DNA of 64,000 nucleotides. Source: Camelus ferus. Lineage: Eukaryota. Both the position numbers and the translations under genes were made by a program. Below the pieces are notes generated by a model. It was not told where the DNA came from, ran no database searches, and saw only the letters and a program-made list of their open reading frames with translations. Shown here in pieces: positions 52,739-64,000 of this stretch (within the stretch, counting starts at the first letter, position 1; every line of letters begins with the position of its first letter). Location: the NCBI RefSeq assembly GCF_009834535.1, contig NC_045696.1, positions 21,826,001 through 21,890,000 on the forward strand, written 5' to 3'.

Positions 52739-53610
52739 AAACTGTGGAGGTCGGATAAAGAAAGTACGAATGATCGGTATTCCAAGATTGAAAGAAAGAA
52801 AATGTTCTACACAAAAACCTACTGTGCGTGAGACTTGAAAATTTTCCTCTCTCGTGAAATGCAGTAACTGGCATGTATGTGCAGCAGCCTCCCTGACCCC
52901 TACCCACTAGATGCCGGGAGCACTCTCACCCCACCCCCCTGCCCCCAACCCCAATATGACAAACAAAACTGCCTCCAGACACTGTCAAATGTCCCCTGTG
53001 GGTCAAAATTGCCTGCAATGGAGAACCACTGCTCTGAACTAAAATATACAAACTCGCTGGTTAATGGAGTCACATTTAAGAAATAGCAGTGAAAACAAAA
53101 GCCAGAACACACGGCCAAAATGTCTGTAAAAAAATGAATCTACTTGTGATATATACTACACATCATTTGCCTAGATGCATAATACACTAATAAAGTTGAA
53201 GAGTAAATATATATTCTGATGCTTGCTTTTCTTAAAATGGCATTTTCTCAGCAGTACTGCCTGAGTACGTAGGTGAAGTGAATAGAAAATGTAAATGGAA
53301 GATGCAGGTGCAAAGCAACACAAGAGAGTCTGTCTTCTAATTAAGTCTTTTGAATAATCTCTGCTTCTGTCTTATACTGAGTGAAGCAACACCAATAAGG
53401 ATTTTTTATATGCAGCACCTTCTGTTCCCCCTTTTAAAGTTTCAGGCAGATGCCAAAAAGGGGCCTTCTTCATCAAACTGTGGAGGTTGGATAAAGAAAA
53501 ATACGAGTGATTGAATGGTATTCAAGATTGAAAGAAAGAAAATGTTCTACAAGAAACCTATTGTATGTCAGACTCTGAATGTCCTCCTCTTTTATGAAAT
53601 GGAGTAATTG
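52739..53610 (+). repeat. Dispersed direct duplication of about 135 bp (52739-52870 and 53475-53610)
   Basis: aaactgtggaggtYggataaagaaa...caagattgaaagaaagaaaatgttctaca...tgaaatgSagtaaYtg occurs in both copies. Confidence 0.9.
52877..53031 (-). mobile_element. MER20 5' half
   Basis: gcagc.tccctgacccctacccactagatgcc...ctccagacactgtcaaatgtcccctg..caaaattgcc..gagaaccactg is the reverse complement of the MER20 5' part. Confidence 0.85.
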
Positions 53611-54561
53611 TCTTCCATTTTCACTCCCACCACTCCAAAACTTACTTCTAACATCTCTAGAAGTTCCACTATTGACGAACAGCTGAATTTTCAGAAAAAA
53701 AAACAACAAAAAACTCTTGGAGTCTTACATGATTGAAATAAGTCCTCAAATAAAACACACTGTAAAATCATCTCAATATTTCCACTAATTGCCCAATTTA
53801 TTGTCATCTTTTTTTCCCACTTCTTTTGTAGAATAGGTTTATTTTCAGTTCTCTATTTCACTATAAGATACAATAATTATAGGCACTTATTTTGGCAACA
53901 TAATCTTTAAAAATGATAAAACCAGAAGATTGGAACTAATAAAATAATTTTATTAACCTTATGCTTAAATTCTATATACAAAAAAGTATATAGATTATGA
54001 TCATTTGATAAATATCAAATTGAATAGAGTGATATAACCCATTCTGAAACTTAGCAAAATAGTGTTACCACAAGCCAAGCCTCCAATACTAGGTCCATCC
54101 AATACAACACATAGCTATAAAAGACCTGTGTACACATTGGACTTTATCCAGTAATTACTGCAGATGATGAGATAGCTTGGAATATGACATTTTTTATTCA
54201 CATGTTATGGCCCAAATGAGAACATCTGCCCAAATGCATTATGGGCAGGCCATCTGCTGTTTGTCTGACAACCTGCCTAAAGAAAGAGAAATAAAGTCTT
54301 CACAGAGATATGTATAAATGGAATTTTTAATGGAATATGTCTATAATGTTACCAGTGAGCTGAATAATAAAAGTATCATTGTTCAATATATTTGTTATTT
54401 TCATCACTATTATTAGAATATGTAGTTTCATTTCTTTTTCGACCATAAAGAAAAATTTTTTTTTCCCTCAATAGGTCCCAAGTGCATAATGGCAGGTAAG
54501 CAAGACAGACTAGCTAGGAAGATACTCTCAATTGGATAATTAACATGCACACCATGAACAC

Positions 54562-55147
54562 TGTGACAGACTGCGCTTTCCAAAACAGCTGCAACCTATC
54601 TTCCGGCTCACACACACTTGCTTTGACAATATAAGCTTGGCACTCCTCCAGTTGAGAGATGGTGCCCAAGTCCAGGCCCCCGTGAATGTGAGCAGGTGTG
54701 TGATGTGCTTGTAACTGAGAGAAGCGATGGCAGTGATGGGAGTGGCACCACGTGGTTTCTAAGGGAGCTTCCACAGTGTTCACTGAGACACTTGCACTTG
54801 GAACCTTGAACTTGCATGTAAGCTGCCATGGCTGTGAGGAAGTCAAGCCACTCAGAGAGGCCGAGGGTAGGAACACCTGTCAGCCATCCTAGACTTTGGG
54901 TCCTACCAGCCCATGGGCAAGGAGTGAACAAGCCATCAGTGATACTAGGCCCCAGGCATGAAATTACACCCCCTTCCCAGCTATTGAGTCTTCCAGCTGA
55001 GGCCCCAGGCATTGTGGAGCAGAGACAAGTCATCCCCACTGTGCCCTTTAGAAATTCCTGACCCACTGAAGCCATAAGTACATAAAAGCTGGTTCTATAC
55101 TACTAAGTTTGGGCTGGTTTGTTTCACAGCAATGGGCAATGGAACAA
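54562..55147 (+). mobile_element. MLT1 solo LTR
   Basis: tgtgacagactg...ccagctgaggccccaggcattgtggagcagagacaagtcatcccc...ctaagttt..tttcacagcaat..aatggaaca. Confidence 0.85.
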
Positions 55148-56901
55148 ATAGGCTAATAACCATAAACAAACATTTTAATATGATGTTCATGTAAAATTTA
55201 ACAAGAACAACACACAATAAATCTATGGATAGTATTAAAATTTATTGATACTACACTGACCCAGAAAGTAGACTCTTAAAATCAGGTCCCTACAAATTTT
55301 GCTTTACTAGCTGTATGGGTGCTAATGTTCATTTTATTAAAATTATTTTTAATAAACAATAAGTTTTAAACCCTGAATGTGTAGGCCAGTGCCAATTTTT
55401 AATTCCAACTATTTTTTGTTCTTTTAAAGATAAATTAATTGAAAACGAGCTGCCTTTTAGTGTCTTTTCACCCAGACACAGTTTTCATCAGATCTTCTAG
55501 GTAGAGTGAGTCACTTGGGTTTCCCTCCAAGAGTCCAAGGTCAAAAGAAATACGTTAGGCCATATTTCAACAGAGAACCTCCCTGCTGTTCTCTGAGTAT
55601 CTAACACTACAGACAGTTCGGCAGTAGTAGCACTCGGCCTCTAACCTGACAGTAAAAGTACTCCATGCTCATAATGCCTTTAAATTACTTGGTTCCAGGA
55701 TTTCCTTTTAGTGGACTGATGACCCTAAGACTCTAAAGCCATTTAGTTTAAGTGGCCTGAATCTGGCATTGCTTAGCAATTTAAGCTGGACTCAAAAGGA
55801 CTAGAATTGAATCAGTAGCAGCCTCCAAGACTGAAATACTGAAGCCTAAGGGTTCAGTCTGAAAGAACGACTTTGGTCAAGATCATTGTTTCCATGGCTG
55901 CCTTCCTGGTGCCGATAACCAGAATGAGAGCTGACCTCAGAAGACTACTAACTTCCTGTCTGAAGTCTTCCATGGGTGACATGGTTTAGCTAAACTCAGC
56001 AGCCCTGTATTTCTACCACAAGGTTTCTCTAAAACCTCAAAGAGCTTCCCTTGTGCTTTATCATATTCATATTTAAATTACTCCTAGAGGACATCTTGAG
56101 AGTGGATACGAATACCTCTAGCTGTCGGCAAAAGTTTGCCGAATTGGTGGAAAAGAACGTTTTCTCTTCTGGGTCATGTTTCACAAATGAGGAAGTTCAG
56201 TGGAATAACACTCCTGGTCCCTTACTCCACCCTATCACTCCCTTCTCTCCGTACGGGAATGTGGAAGAAACTTTGTTGGGGCTGGGGTGGCAGGGGTGGT
56301 CAATGCATCCACAAGCACATAAATTCTGGGTTTCTCCATGCCACTGGATTTACAAGGACAAATTCTCCTAAGACTGGAGACTTGGCAAACGGGGACTGTG
56401 ACTGGATAAGTCTAACTTAGCCTGTGTCTTGTATCAGTTTTATTCTTTCCAACCTGGCTTTTATGCTCTCATTTGGTTCCAAATTCTGGTAGGAAATAGG
56501 AGTGTTATAAATAGTTCCCCCTACTGTAACTGGATGAATAAATACATCAGTTTCACTCTGTATTACAGGAAAATTCACAGTACAGATTTGCTAGATTCTC
56601 TCAATTCCCTCACTTCCGAGCACTAATTCAAGGTTGTCCCTCAGATCACATCCGTACCCTCAACAGTGATTTCTCCATGTCTGCCCACCATCATCATTTT
56701 CATCTGTCTCTCACATCCCTCCCAAATACAATCTCTGCATATCTCCATCACACCATCTCTTATACAGACTTGACTTTTTTGACCACTACAGAGAGCAGTA
56801 AACACATCAATCTCATTTTTGTGGCCCTCATATTGAATGCAGAATATTAAACATAGAATGCACACCATAAACACTTGTTAATTCATTTTCAGTATGAAGG
56901 A

Positions 56902-57573
56902 TGTGGAAGGCAGAATTCCAAAGACATCTCCCCAAGTTCCCTGTCTCCTGGTTATTCATTCAAACACTAACCTAACTACTGGTATGAAGGGACTTTGTAG
57001 ATGGAATTAAGGTTATTAATCAGCTGAATTTAAAACAGATAAATTATCTTGAATTTACCCAGGTGGACCCAGTATAGTCACATGAGCCCTTAAAAGCAGA
57101 CAAAGAAGGCAGAAGAGTCAGTCAGAGATACACAGCAAGAGAGGGAGAGAGATCTGAGGCAAAAAGGGAGGTCAATGAGATCTGAAGCATGAGAATGACT
57201 CAACCTGCTATTGTGGATTGAAGATGGAGGAAGGTGGACATTAGCCAAAGAATTTGGCAGTTTATGGAAGCTGAGAATAACCCCCAGCCAAAAGCCAACA
57301 AGGAAATGGGGTCCTCACTCCAGCAGTCATGTGGAACAGAATTTTGCCAAGCTCTAAATGAGCTTGGAAGAGGATTTATCCCCAGAACCTCCAGAAAGGA
57401 AATCAGACCTGCTGACACTGCAATTTTGGCCTTGTGAAACCCAGAGCAGAGTACCATCTGAGGCGAACAGTGCCTGGACTCCCAGTCTACTGAACTAATA
57501 GATAATAAATGGGTAGATTGTTTAAGCTGCTTAATTGTGGTAATTTGTTATGGCAGTGATAGAAAACTCACAC
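56902..57573 (+). mobile_element. MLT1E-like solo LTR
   Basis: tgtggaaggcagaattccaaaga...gatggaattaaggttattaatcagctga...gtggtaatttgttatggcagtgatagaaaactcacaca. Confidence 0.85.
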
Positions 57574-57799
57574 AGAGAGTATTAACTAGAATAATAATTA
57601 ATCAGTTCTGTGTAGGCTGCTACATTCAGGGGACACTTAACAAGATAAATACAGAAATCTCTAAGGAATGTCAGGACACGATGCAGCTCCCAATCAGGGT
57701 TCATCACTCTTGCTGATGGCAGTGGCTATTTACCCTCCTAACTTCTTGTCAGAAGAGGCATCATAATTATCGTAGCAGCCTGAATATGAATACATTCAT

Positions 57800-58150
57800 A
57801 TGTTAGGCAAAATTCTAAGATGGTCCCCAAGATCTCTGTCCCCCTGCATACATAGCCTCCTGTTGAATGTAGGTGGGACCTATGAATATAAGGCAGGTCA
57901 AATCCATCATAGCAGAGTAGGGTGGCATTTTTCTGCTGGCTTGGAAGAAATAAGCTTCCATGTTTTGAGAGGGCTGCTGGCTAGGACCTCAGGGAGTCTA
58001 GTCAACAATTAAGTAGGGGTTTCAGTTCCACCACTGCAAGGAACAGAATTCTCCCAACAACCTCATTGAGCTTGGACAAGCACCCCAAGCTCCAAATGAG
58101 AATCCAGCTGCAGCCAACTTGTTGATTTCAGTCTAGTGAGACCCTGACTA
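57800..58150 (+). mobile_element. Partial MLT1 LTR
   Basis: ggcaaaattctaagatggtccccaagat...ctgcaaggaacagaattctcccaacaacc...ttgatttcagtctagtgagaccctga. Confidence 0.75.
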
Positions 58151-60129
58151 ATATAGACTTACGTAGGTCTGCTCATTCAATCCAAGCCTGTCATTTCGTA
58201 GACAGTGCTACAGAGGGTAGTCACCCTACAAAGGCAAAACTGTGGCTAAATTGTAGAGCTTGGATTAAAAGCCAGATTTTGATTTTGGGCTTCCATGTAT
58301 TACACAACTGTTATCTTGTCAAATGGATTATTTATTCATGTATTCCAAACCATTCTACAGCCAATTTTATCAAACTTCATCAAAATATTTGCTACACTAT
58401 GATACTAATAAGTTACACATTACCATACACATTCACACACACATAGAGACATACAGAATTACATACATATTGTCTCATCCCGGGGAGCCACCTTCCTATC
58501 AAAGGACAAGTTAGCTTATTGGAGAGCCACTTAGGACACGTAGTGGCATTAATTTTTACAAAACAGGTGCAGTTCTCCTCCAGGGACTTTAATATTTTGA
58601 CCCTGTGTAACTGGTTTGATATCCCCAATGAGATGTAAATTGCCACCTAGAAGTCTGAGACTCCCTTTGCCTATTTAGAATTTGTAGGATTAAAATAGCT
58701 CAGGGTAGTTGAAAGACTAGACTTTAGATGTTGTCCATAAGCAAAAGGAGAACCTTCAGATAGACACACCCAGGAGACTTTTTCTGTTTAAAAAAAAAAT
58801 TCAGCTTTCCTGTAAATGTTTGATAGATGTATTTCTGAGCACTGTAACATCTATTGGTTTGAACACTGGTGCTACAAGAGCAACTGTGTGTGCATCTCAA
58901 GGAAAGTCTTCCATTGGCGATTAGACCTCAGGAGTATATAAAAGAGGATGGTCCATTGACTGTGAGACTCCTCTTCCTGAGTCTGACCATGACAGCCAAT
59001 TATTGCCAGATGGAATAACAATAAAAGAAGACAAGCGAACATCTGAAAAGCATAGCTTTCCCTTTCTTGTGTTTCCCTTCAAATGTCATTAAAGCTGAAT
59101 CCAAAATTTGACTCTCATGGTTATATTTTACTTTTACAAATCAGGAAGAAACTAAACAGGACAGGGAAACAAATTCAAACAGAATGTTCAGCAAGGAAAG
59201 AAATAAATTCTCTAATTAGAAAGCGGGAAGGCTAGTTTATTAAGGGTAAAACTGCTCACGCCAAGCCAAAGAGCCTGCTTTAAAAAATAAATTGGTGTCG
59301 TTATTCCACGGTTAACAGGTGGGAAAGGAGGCTCTAACTGAACTTTTTTCTTTTGATAGCCTACATTTTGAGGTAAGATTGAAATTGGAGTATATTTGAA
59401 ATAAATTTCCATTTGAATGTTGATGATCAAGTGGAAAGTTTTTGCAATACAAAGCTATTTCTGGGTTAACAGAAAGTTTTCCAATGTCGGCAACTAAACT
59501 GCTTGATTAAATGGAGTTTTACGATACGATGAAATGTGTATGTAGTATAAAGTGGTATTTCCTGGGCAAGGAAGGAATTGTGGAGAAGGAAATTCACATA
59601 AATATGAAATATTTGGAGGCTGGATTATGTAACCTCACACCCCATAAATGACAATATGAGACACACTGCATCCATTTTCCAATGAAAGAATACTGTATGC
59701 GTGTGCATAAGTACCATAAACCTCTGTAAAATCTATAAATTCTCCACAGAAATCTCCAACTTTTTAATTAGATTTTACTCTATCATTTCTTTTAAATCTT
59801 GGAAAATATTCTTCTATACATATAAAAATTACATTAAGTGGCAGTTACATTCTCTAAGAGATCTTAGAAGAAGTGTTATGTCGCAATGATATCTTTGAAA
59901 AAGATAGCTTTGTTAAGGTACTTATGCTTCTCATGAGACTTTTAACTAGGTCTCCAGAGACATAAAGTTTATCTTTGCTGAGAGTTTTGGTGGCTTGTGA
60001 AACAAATTAAAAATATCCATTCTTAAATATTGCAATCTCTGCCCCAAAAGAGTGGTGCCAGTGTGTGTCACAGATCTGGGGATGTCACAGATCTGATAAC
60101 TTAATTGACGTTAGCACAAATCATCATCA

Positions 60130-60450
60130 CTATCATCATCATCGTATGATAACAGATATGCTCTAGTCCCATCCTCATAATGTAGCTGCCTCAGGAAACT
60201 GCCTTTCTTGTGTGACCTTCTCCTACAAAACAGTCACCAGAGGACCCCAACAGATGTTCCTTTGTTTCAATGTTCAGAAATGGGGTATAGACCTATCTCT
60301 AAACCCACCGTTGGCAAAAGGAGATCCTCGCTGGTTTACATCAATCATGACGAATCCGCTGACCCTGAGGTGCCTACTTCCCTGAGCATATGCTCACCAA
60401 CTTAATACTGGAAAAAAAAAAAAAAACTGGGTTTCAGAAAGGAAGCATGA
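60130..60450 (-). mobile_element. Probable old MLT1K/L fragment
   Basis: cctatctctaaacccaccgttggcaaaagg...cttccctgagcata. Confidence 0.45.
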
Positions 60451-60469
60451 AGGTGAAGCTGCTGGATAG

Positions 60470-60632
60470 GCTGGTGTCAGCAGACTACAGTCACGCTCAT
60501 TTGTTTACACATTGTCTGTGGCTCCTTTTACGTGACAAGAGCACAGCCAAGTAGATGTGACAGGATCACATGGCTATAAAACCTAAAACATTTCTTTCCT
60601 GGCCCTTTGAAGAAAAAGTTTGCCAAACCCTG
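60470..60632 (+). mobile_element. MER58A-like (hAT-Charlie), internally deleted
   Basis: cacgctcatttgtttacacattgtctgtggct...aacctaaaacattt..ctggccctttgaagaaaaagtttgccaaaccctg. Confidence 0.8.
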
Positions 60633-63199
60633 AGATAAATAAATCAATAGAGTCTTCCACGATTTATACAAGACCAAAAAGTTCTAGAATAATTATGATA
60701 AGAAAATAATTGAAAATATGTCTATAAACTACCAACAGAAAGAAGACTTATTGCTTTAAAATCCTTTTACTAAGCAAACTTAGCTGTTCCTTACTGAATA
60801 GAGATGAGGCTTGGGAATGCAAGTGGATTAGAGAAGACCTAGAAAACAGCATAACCAGCATTTGGAGAGGAGAGGGGTGCTACCCCCGGGATGTGGAAGA
60901 GACTAGGAACTTTCAAAATGACGGAGAGTTTTCCAGAGAAGAACGTGCTGAATCTGCAGAAGAGACCGTTCCTCTTCTCTGTACCCTCATAACCAAACCA
61001 AAACATTACTCTAAGCAGCCTCTTCCAAGGAATTTTTAAGTTCAAATACAGGAGTAAGAAGAAATCAAACTAACATTAACCTGTGTAGCAAGACTGTCTC
61101 AGAGGATAGTAACATATTAAAACCATTTTCCATCAGTCAGAACACGAAGCCTCTTTCCCTTCGCCAAGTCGAGAACATAAGGCCAAGAAGAAGAAGCTAA
61201 AAGGATCAGAAAAGGATTGGAAAAAATGATGAGCCAATTTTCTCCCTCTTCCAAGATCCCCAAACACTGGCGATTGGGAAAGAAGAGGTAGACATTTCAG
61301 GTTTAATCAAAATGACACGAGTCAGAAACGCTAAAAAAAAGCCAGCAAGCTGCAAATAATTTTGATGGAGACAATTTAAAAAAGCAGACTCCAAGACATT
61401 CTTCTTCATGACATTTGATAGAAAAGGATAATAAGAAAAAACCTGAGATTAACTGCTTCTCTTGATATAAAAGAGATCAGAGATGTAAGCCAACACTGTG
61501 AAGGCACAGTGCACTCAGGAAACTGCATTTTTTAAACTTTTCCTGATGTGCACAGTGTTCTTTCTCAATGTGCACAGTCACTTGGATTCATACAGACACA
61601 ACTCTGAGGACTGGGTTAGAGACATGAGAGAGTTAGTGTCCATGTGTGTGCATGTGTGCGTGTATGTAAAAAGTTTTCTCAGTCATCAATGAAATCATCA
61701 CAGTGTGAAAGGAAAATTAACCATCATCTGGTTTCTTTGATCAATAAACACTCTCAAACCAGATTCTCAGTCTCCAAGCTGAAAGCTTCTAGGATTCTTT
61801 ATGAAGTTTTAGAAACACAATGATGTAATTCATAAAACTTGGCTGAACCCCAGGCTTGTTTTCTTGAGCACATCAACTCTGAATGAAATAGTTTACTGCC
61901 TCATTATAACAGTTCCCCTTTAATCTATATCCCTAGAACCAACTTTTGGATGTCTGTCACTCAGTCTTTTCACATACAGTTCTAAGATGATCCCAACATT
62001 GCACTGAAAGCTGCTTTCTAATCAACAGTGTTACAGAAGCGTTCTATCTACTTCATCGAGTTACAAATTTCCCCTTAGCCCATAAAACGTATTTGTAGCA
62101 AATAAAAATAGATATTTAACAAGATAAAGATTGCTTTTATAAGTTTTTGTTACTGCAGAGAAGAACTGAATTTAAATGAAATTAGTCATTTATCATTAAC
62201 ATGCAAATAATTTATCTTCAAAAGCTTCAAAGTTATACTTTTTCCTTTAAAAAATAGTGTTTTGAACCTTTACAGTGTTAATGTGATTCTGAATTAGCCT
62301 TTTTTCTTTAAAACTTTTTAATCTTGTCTCCTACAGAATTCCTCAGGATTTACCTTTTTCTAAATTTTCTTGCCCTGCCCCATTAAATTCAGTAATCCTA
62401 TAGACAGAAAAGTCAAAATACATCATAGGCTGGAGAAAAAAAAAAAGTTACACTTTCTTCCTAACCTCAGAGAAGGAAGAGGTGGGGAGAAAATTATACA
62501 TTTTAAACAATATAACCAGACGCATATATCTAAAATGTGCTTTCTAGAGAAATAGTTGTGAAAGCCTGCTGTGTGAGGGAACGTGCAAGTGAGCTCCCTG
62601 CAGTCTATGCGTGAATGTAAACCACTTCAAGGTAAACACTTACTGAAGTTGCTTCATGTGATGGGGCCTAGAAATCATCGCAAGTGACACAGACACAGGT
62701 TCAAAGTGAACCAACTTCCGTGTAAACGTGGCCTTAAGGTTAGCTGTGTATGTGAAATAAAGAGTGATAACTGGAACAAAGTTCATGAATTCTCCTAATA
62801 GTGAAATGAAATTCTTCCCCTGCTTTACATTAATATATCATTCTTCACAGCATTTCAGTTCCTTAAGCTAAGAGGTTTACAGAAAAAAATGTCTATATGT
62901 GATGCAATACAATATAATAATTATCAAATATGAAGAACTATCTCCTCAGGTATCAAATAAATCTGGTGTGATTCCTTTGACTATAAACAATCACATTAAT
63001 TGAAAATAAAATAAGCTATATGTAGAAACACACATACCTAGTTTCAGGCATCCTGTTCAGTCAGAGATAATATTATTAACAGATGTGATTTTATAAAAGG
63101 CTAGCCTAATTAATATTCATAAGAAAGTAATTTTTCATAAATTAGGACATTATCGTTTAAAAAAAAATCTTTAAGTTGCCTGAATATGCAAATAAATAC

Positions 63200-63450
63200 G
63201 CTGAATAACAGCAATAGCCGACTATTACATAGCATTTAATATGTTTCAGACACTATAGTAAGTGGTTTACGTATTTTAAATAATATTATCTCAAAACAAC
63301 CCTAGATCATAGGAGCTATTATTATTCCCACCTTATGGATAAACTGAGCTAAAGTAACTTACCAAAAGTCACACAGCTAATATCTGGAGAACCTATCATT
63401 CAAACTCAGGCCTTCTTGCTCCAGATGCATGCAATGCCCTTTACCATAAA
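63200..63450 (-). mobile_element. MIR
   Basis: ctattattattccca..ggataaactgagctaaagtaacttaccaaaagtcacacagcta. Confidence 0.7.
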
Positions 63451-64000
63451 ACTTTTAAAACAATCCATTTGCAAATAGTATCTATTGACAGAAGTAGATA
63501 AAAGAATTCATCTATCTATATAAAAAGGACCACTAGCCGTAACAATTAAAACTATGAGACTTTTCTGTTACTTGTTATGCTGAAGATGTTAGACAAACGG
63601 ACATTGGAGAAACACTACATAGTGGAGAAAACTAAAAAAGATCAACTGACACAAACATTTCAGCTGAATATAGACAGGGCTTTAGCATCCTCCCTCTTGA
63701 CTGTTCAATATGTCTGCAGTAACTTACATGAGCTTAACCTGGAGAATGTGCTCCCAGCACTCAGTGCTGTGAAAAATATTACATGCATGTAACTATCAGT
63801 TCATTTATAAGGTGTTCTTCCCTAGGGTTTACTAGAAGTCAATCAAGTCTGGTCTCTGAAAGAGAACAAAAATATGAAATAGAAAAACAAGTAAATAATT
63901 AGAATAGCAGAATGGCTGAATTCTCTTGTTTCAGTGGAATGTTAACTACAGCTCAGTCACACTTCTCCTGTGCTGAAATCTATTTATACTGGATATCTAA

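Noticed and set aside
54514..55075. Overlapping 120-aa and 155-aa ORFs
   Set aside because: Lie essentially within an MLT1 LTR; no recognisable protein
54545..56875. 17/18-nt match atgcacaccatRaacact at 54545 and 56858
   Set aside because: A match this short is expected by chance in 64 kb; the second copy lies in an L2-like end
60066..60095. Short tandem duplication tgtcacagatctg (similar ones near 28325 and 52369)
   Set aside because: Ordinary slippage micro-duplications of two units; not a CRISPR-like or functional array

Overview
AT-rich mammalian genomic DNA, most likely camelid, judged from a tRNA-derived Vic-1-type SINE at 44074-44182 and young L1 copies. It looks intergenic or deep-intronic: I cannot support any host protein-coding exon, rRNA, tRNA gene or CRISPR array. 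The long ORFs in the track are broken L1 ORF2 pieces, their antisense shadows, or ERV pol remnants. Much of the window is transposon-derived: two young L1s in inverted orientation, an older near-full-length L1, a decayed ERV1-class provirus (14577-19708, 4-bp TSD, with gag, RNase H, integrase and env remnants), many MLT1 solo LTRs, L2, MIR, MER2, MER20 and MER58. The most notable structural observations are a tail-less, apparently internally primed L1 with a TSD; a ~290-bp inversion that splits a MER20 and carries one copy of a ~135-bp duplication; an unexplained 35-bp dispersed repeat; and a speculative three-exon 53-aa ORF. I found no convincing new biological system. Repeat family names come from recalled consensus sequences, and most boundaries are approximate.
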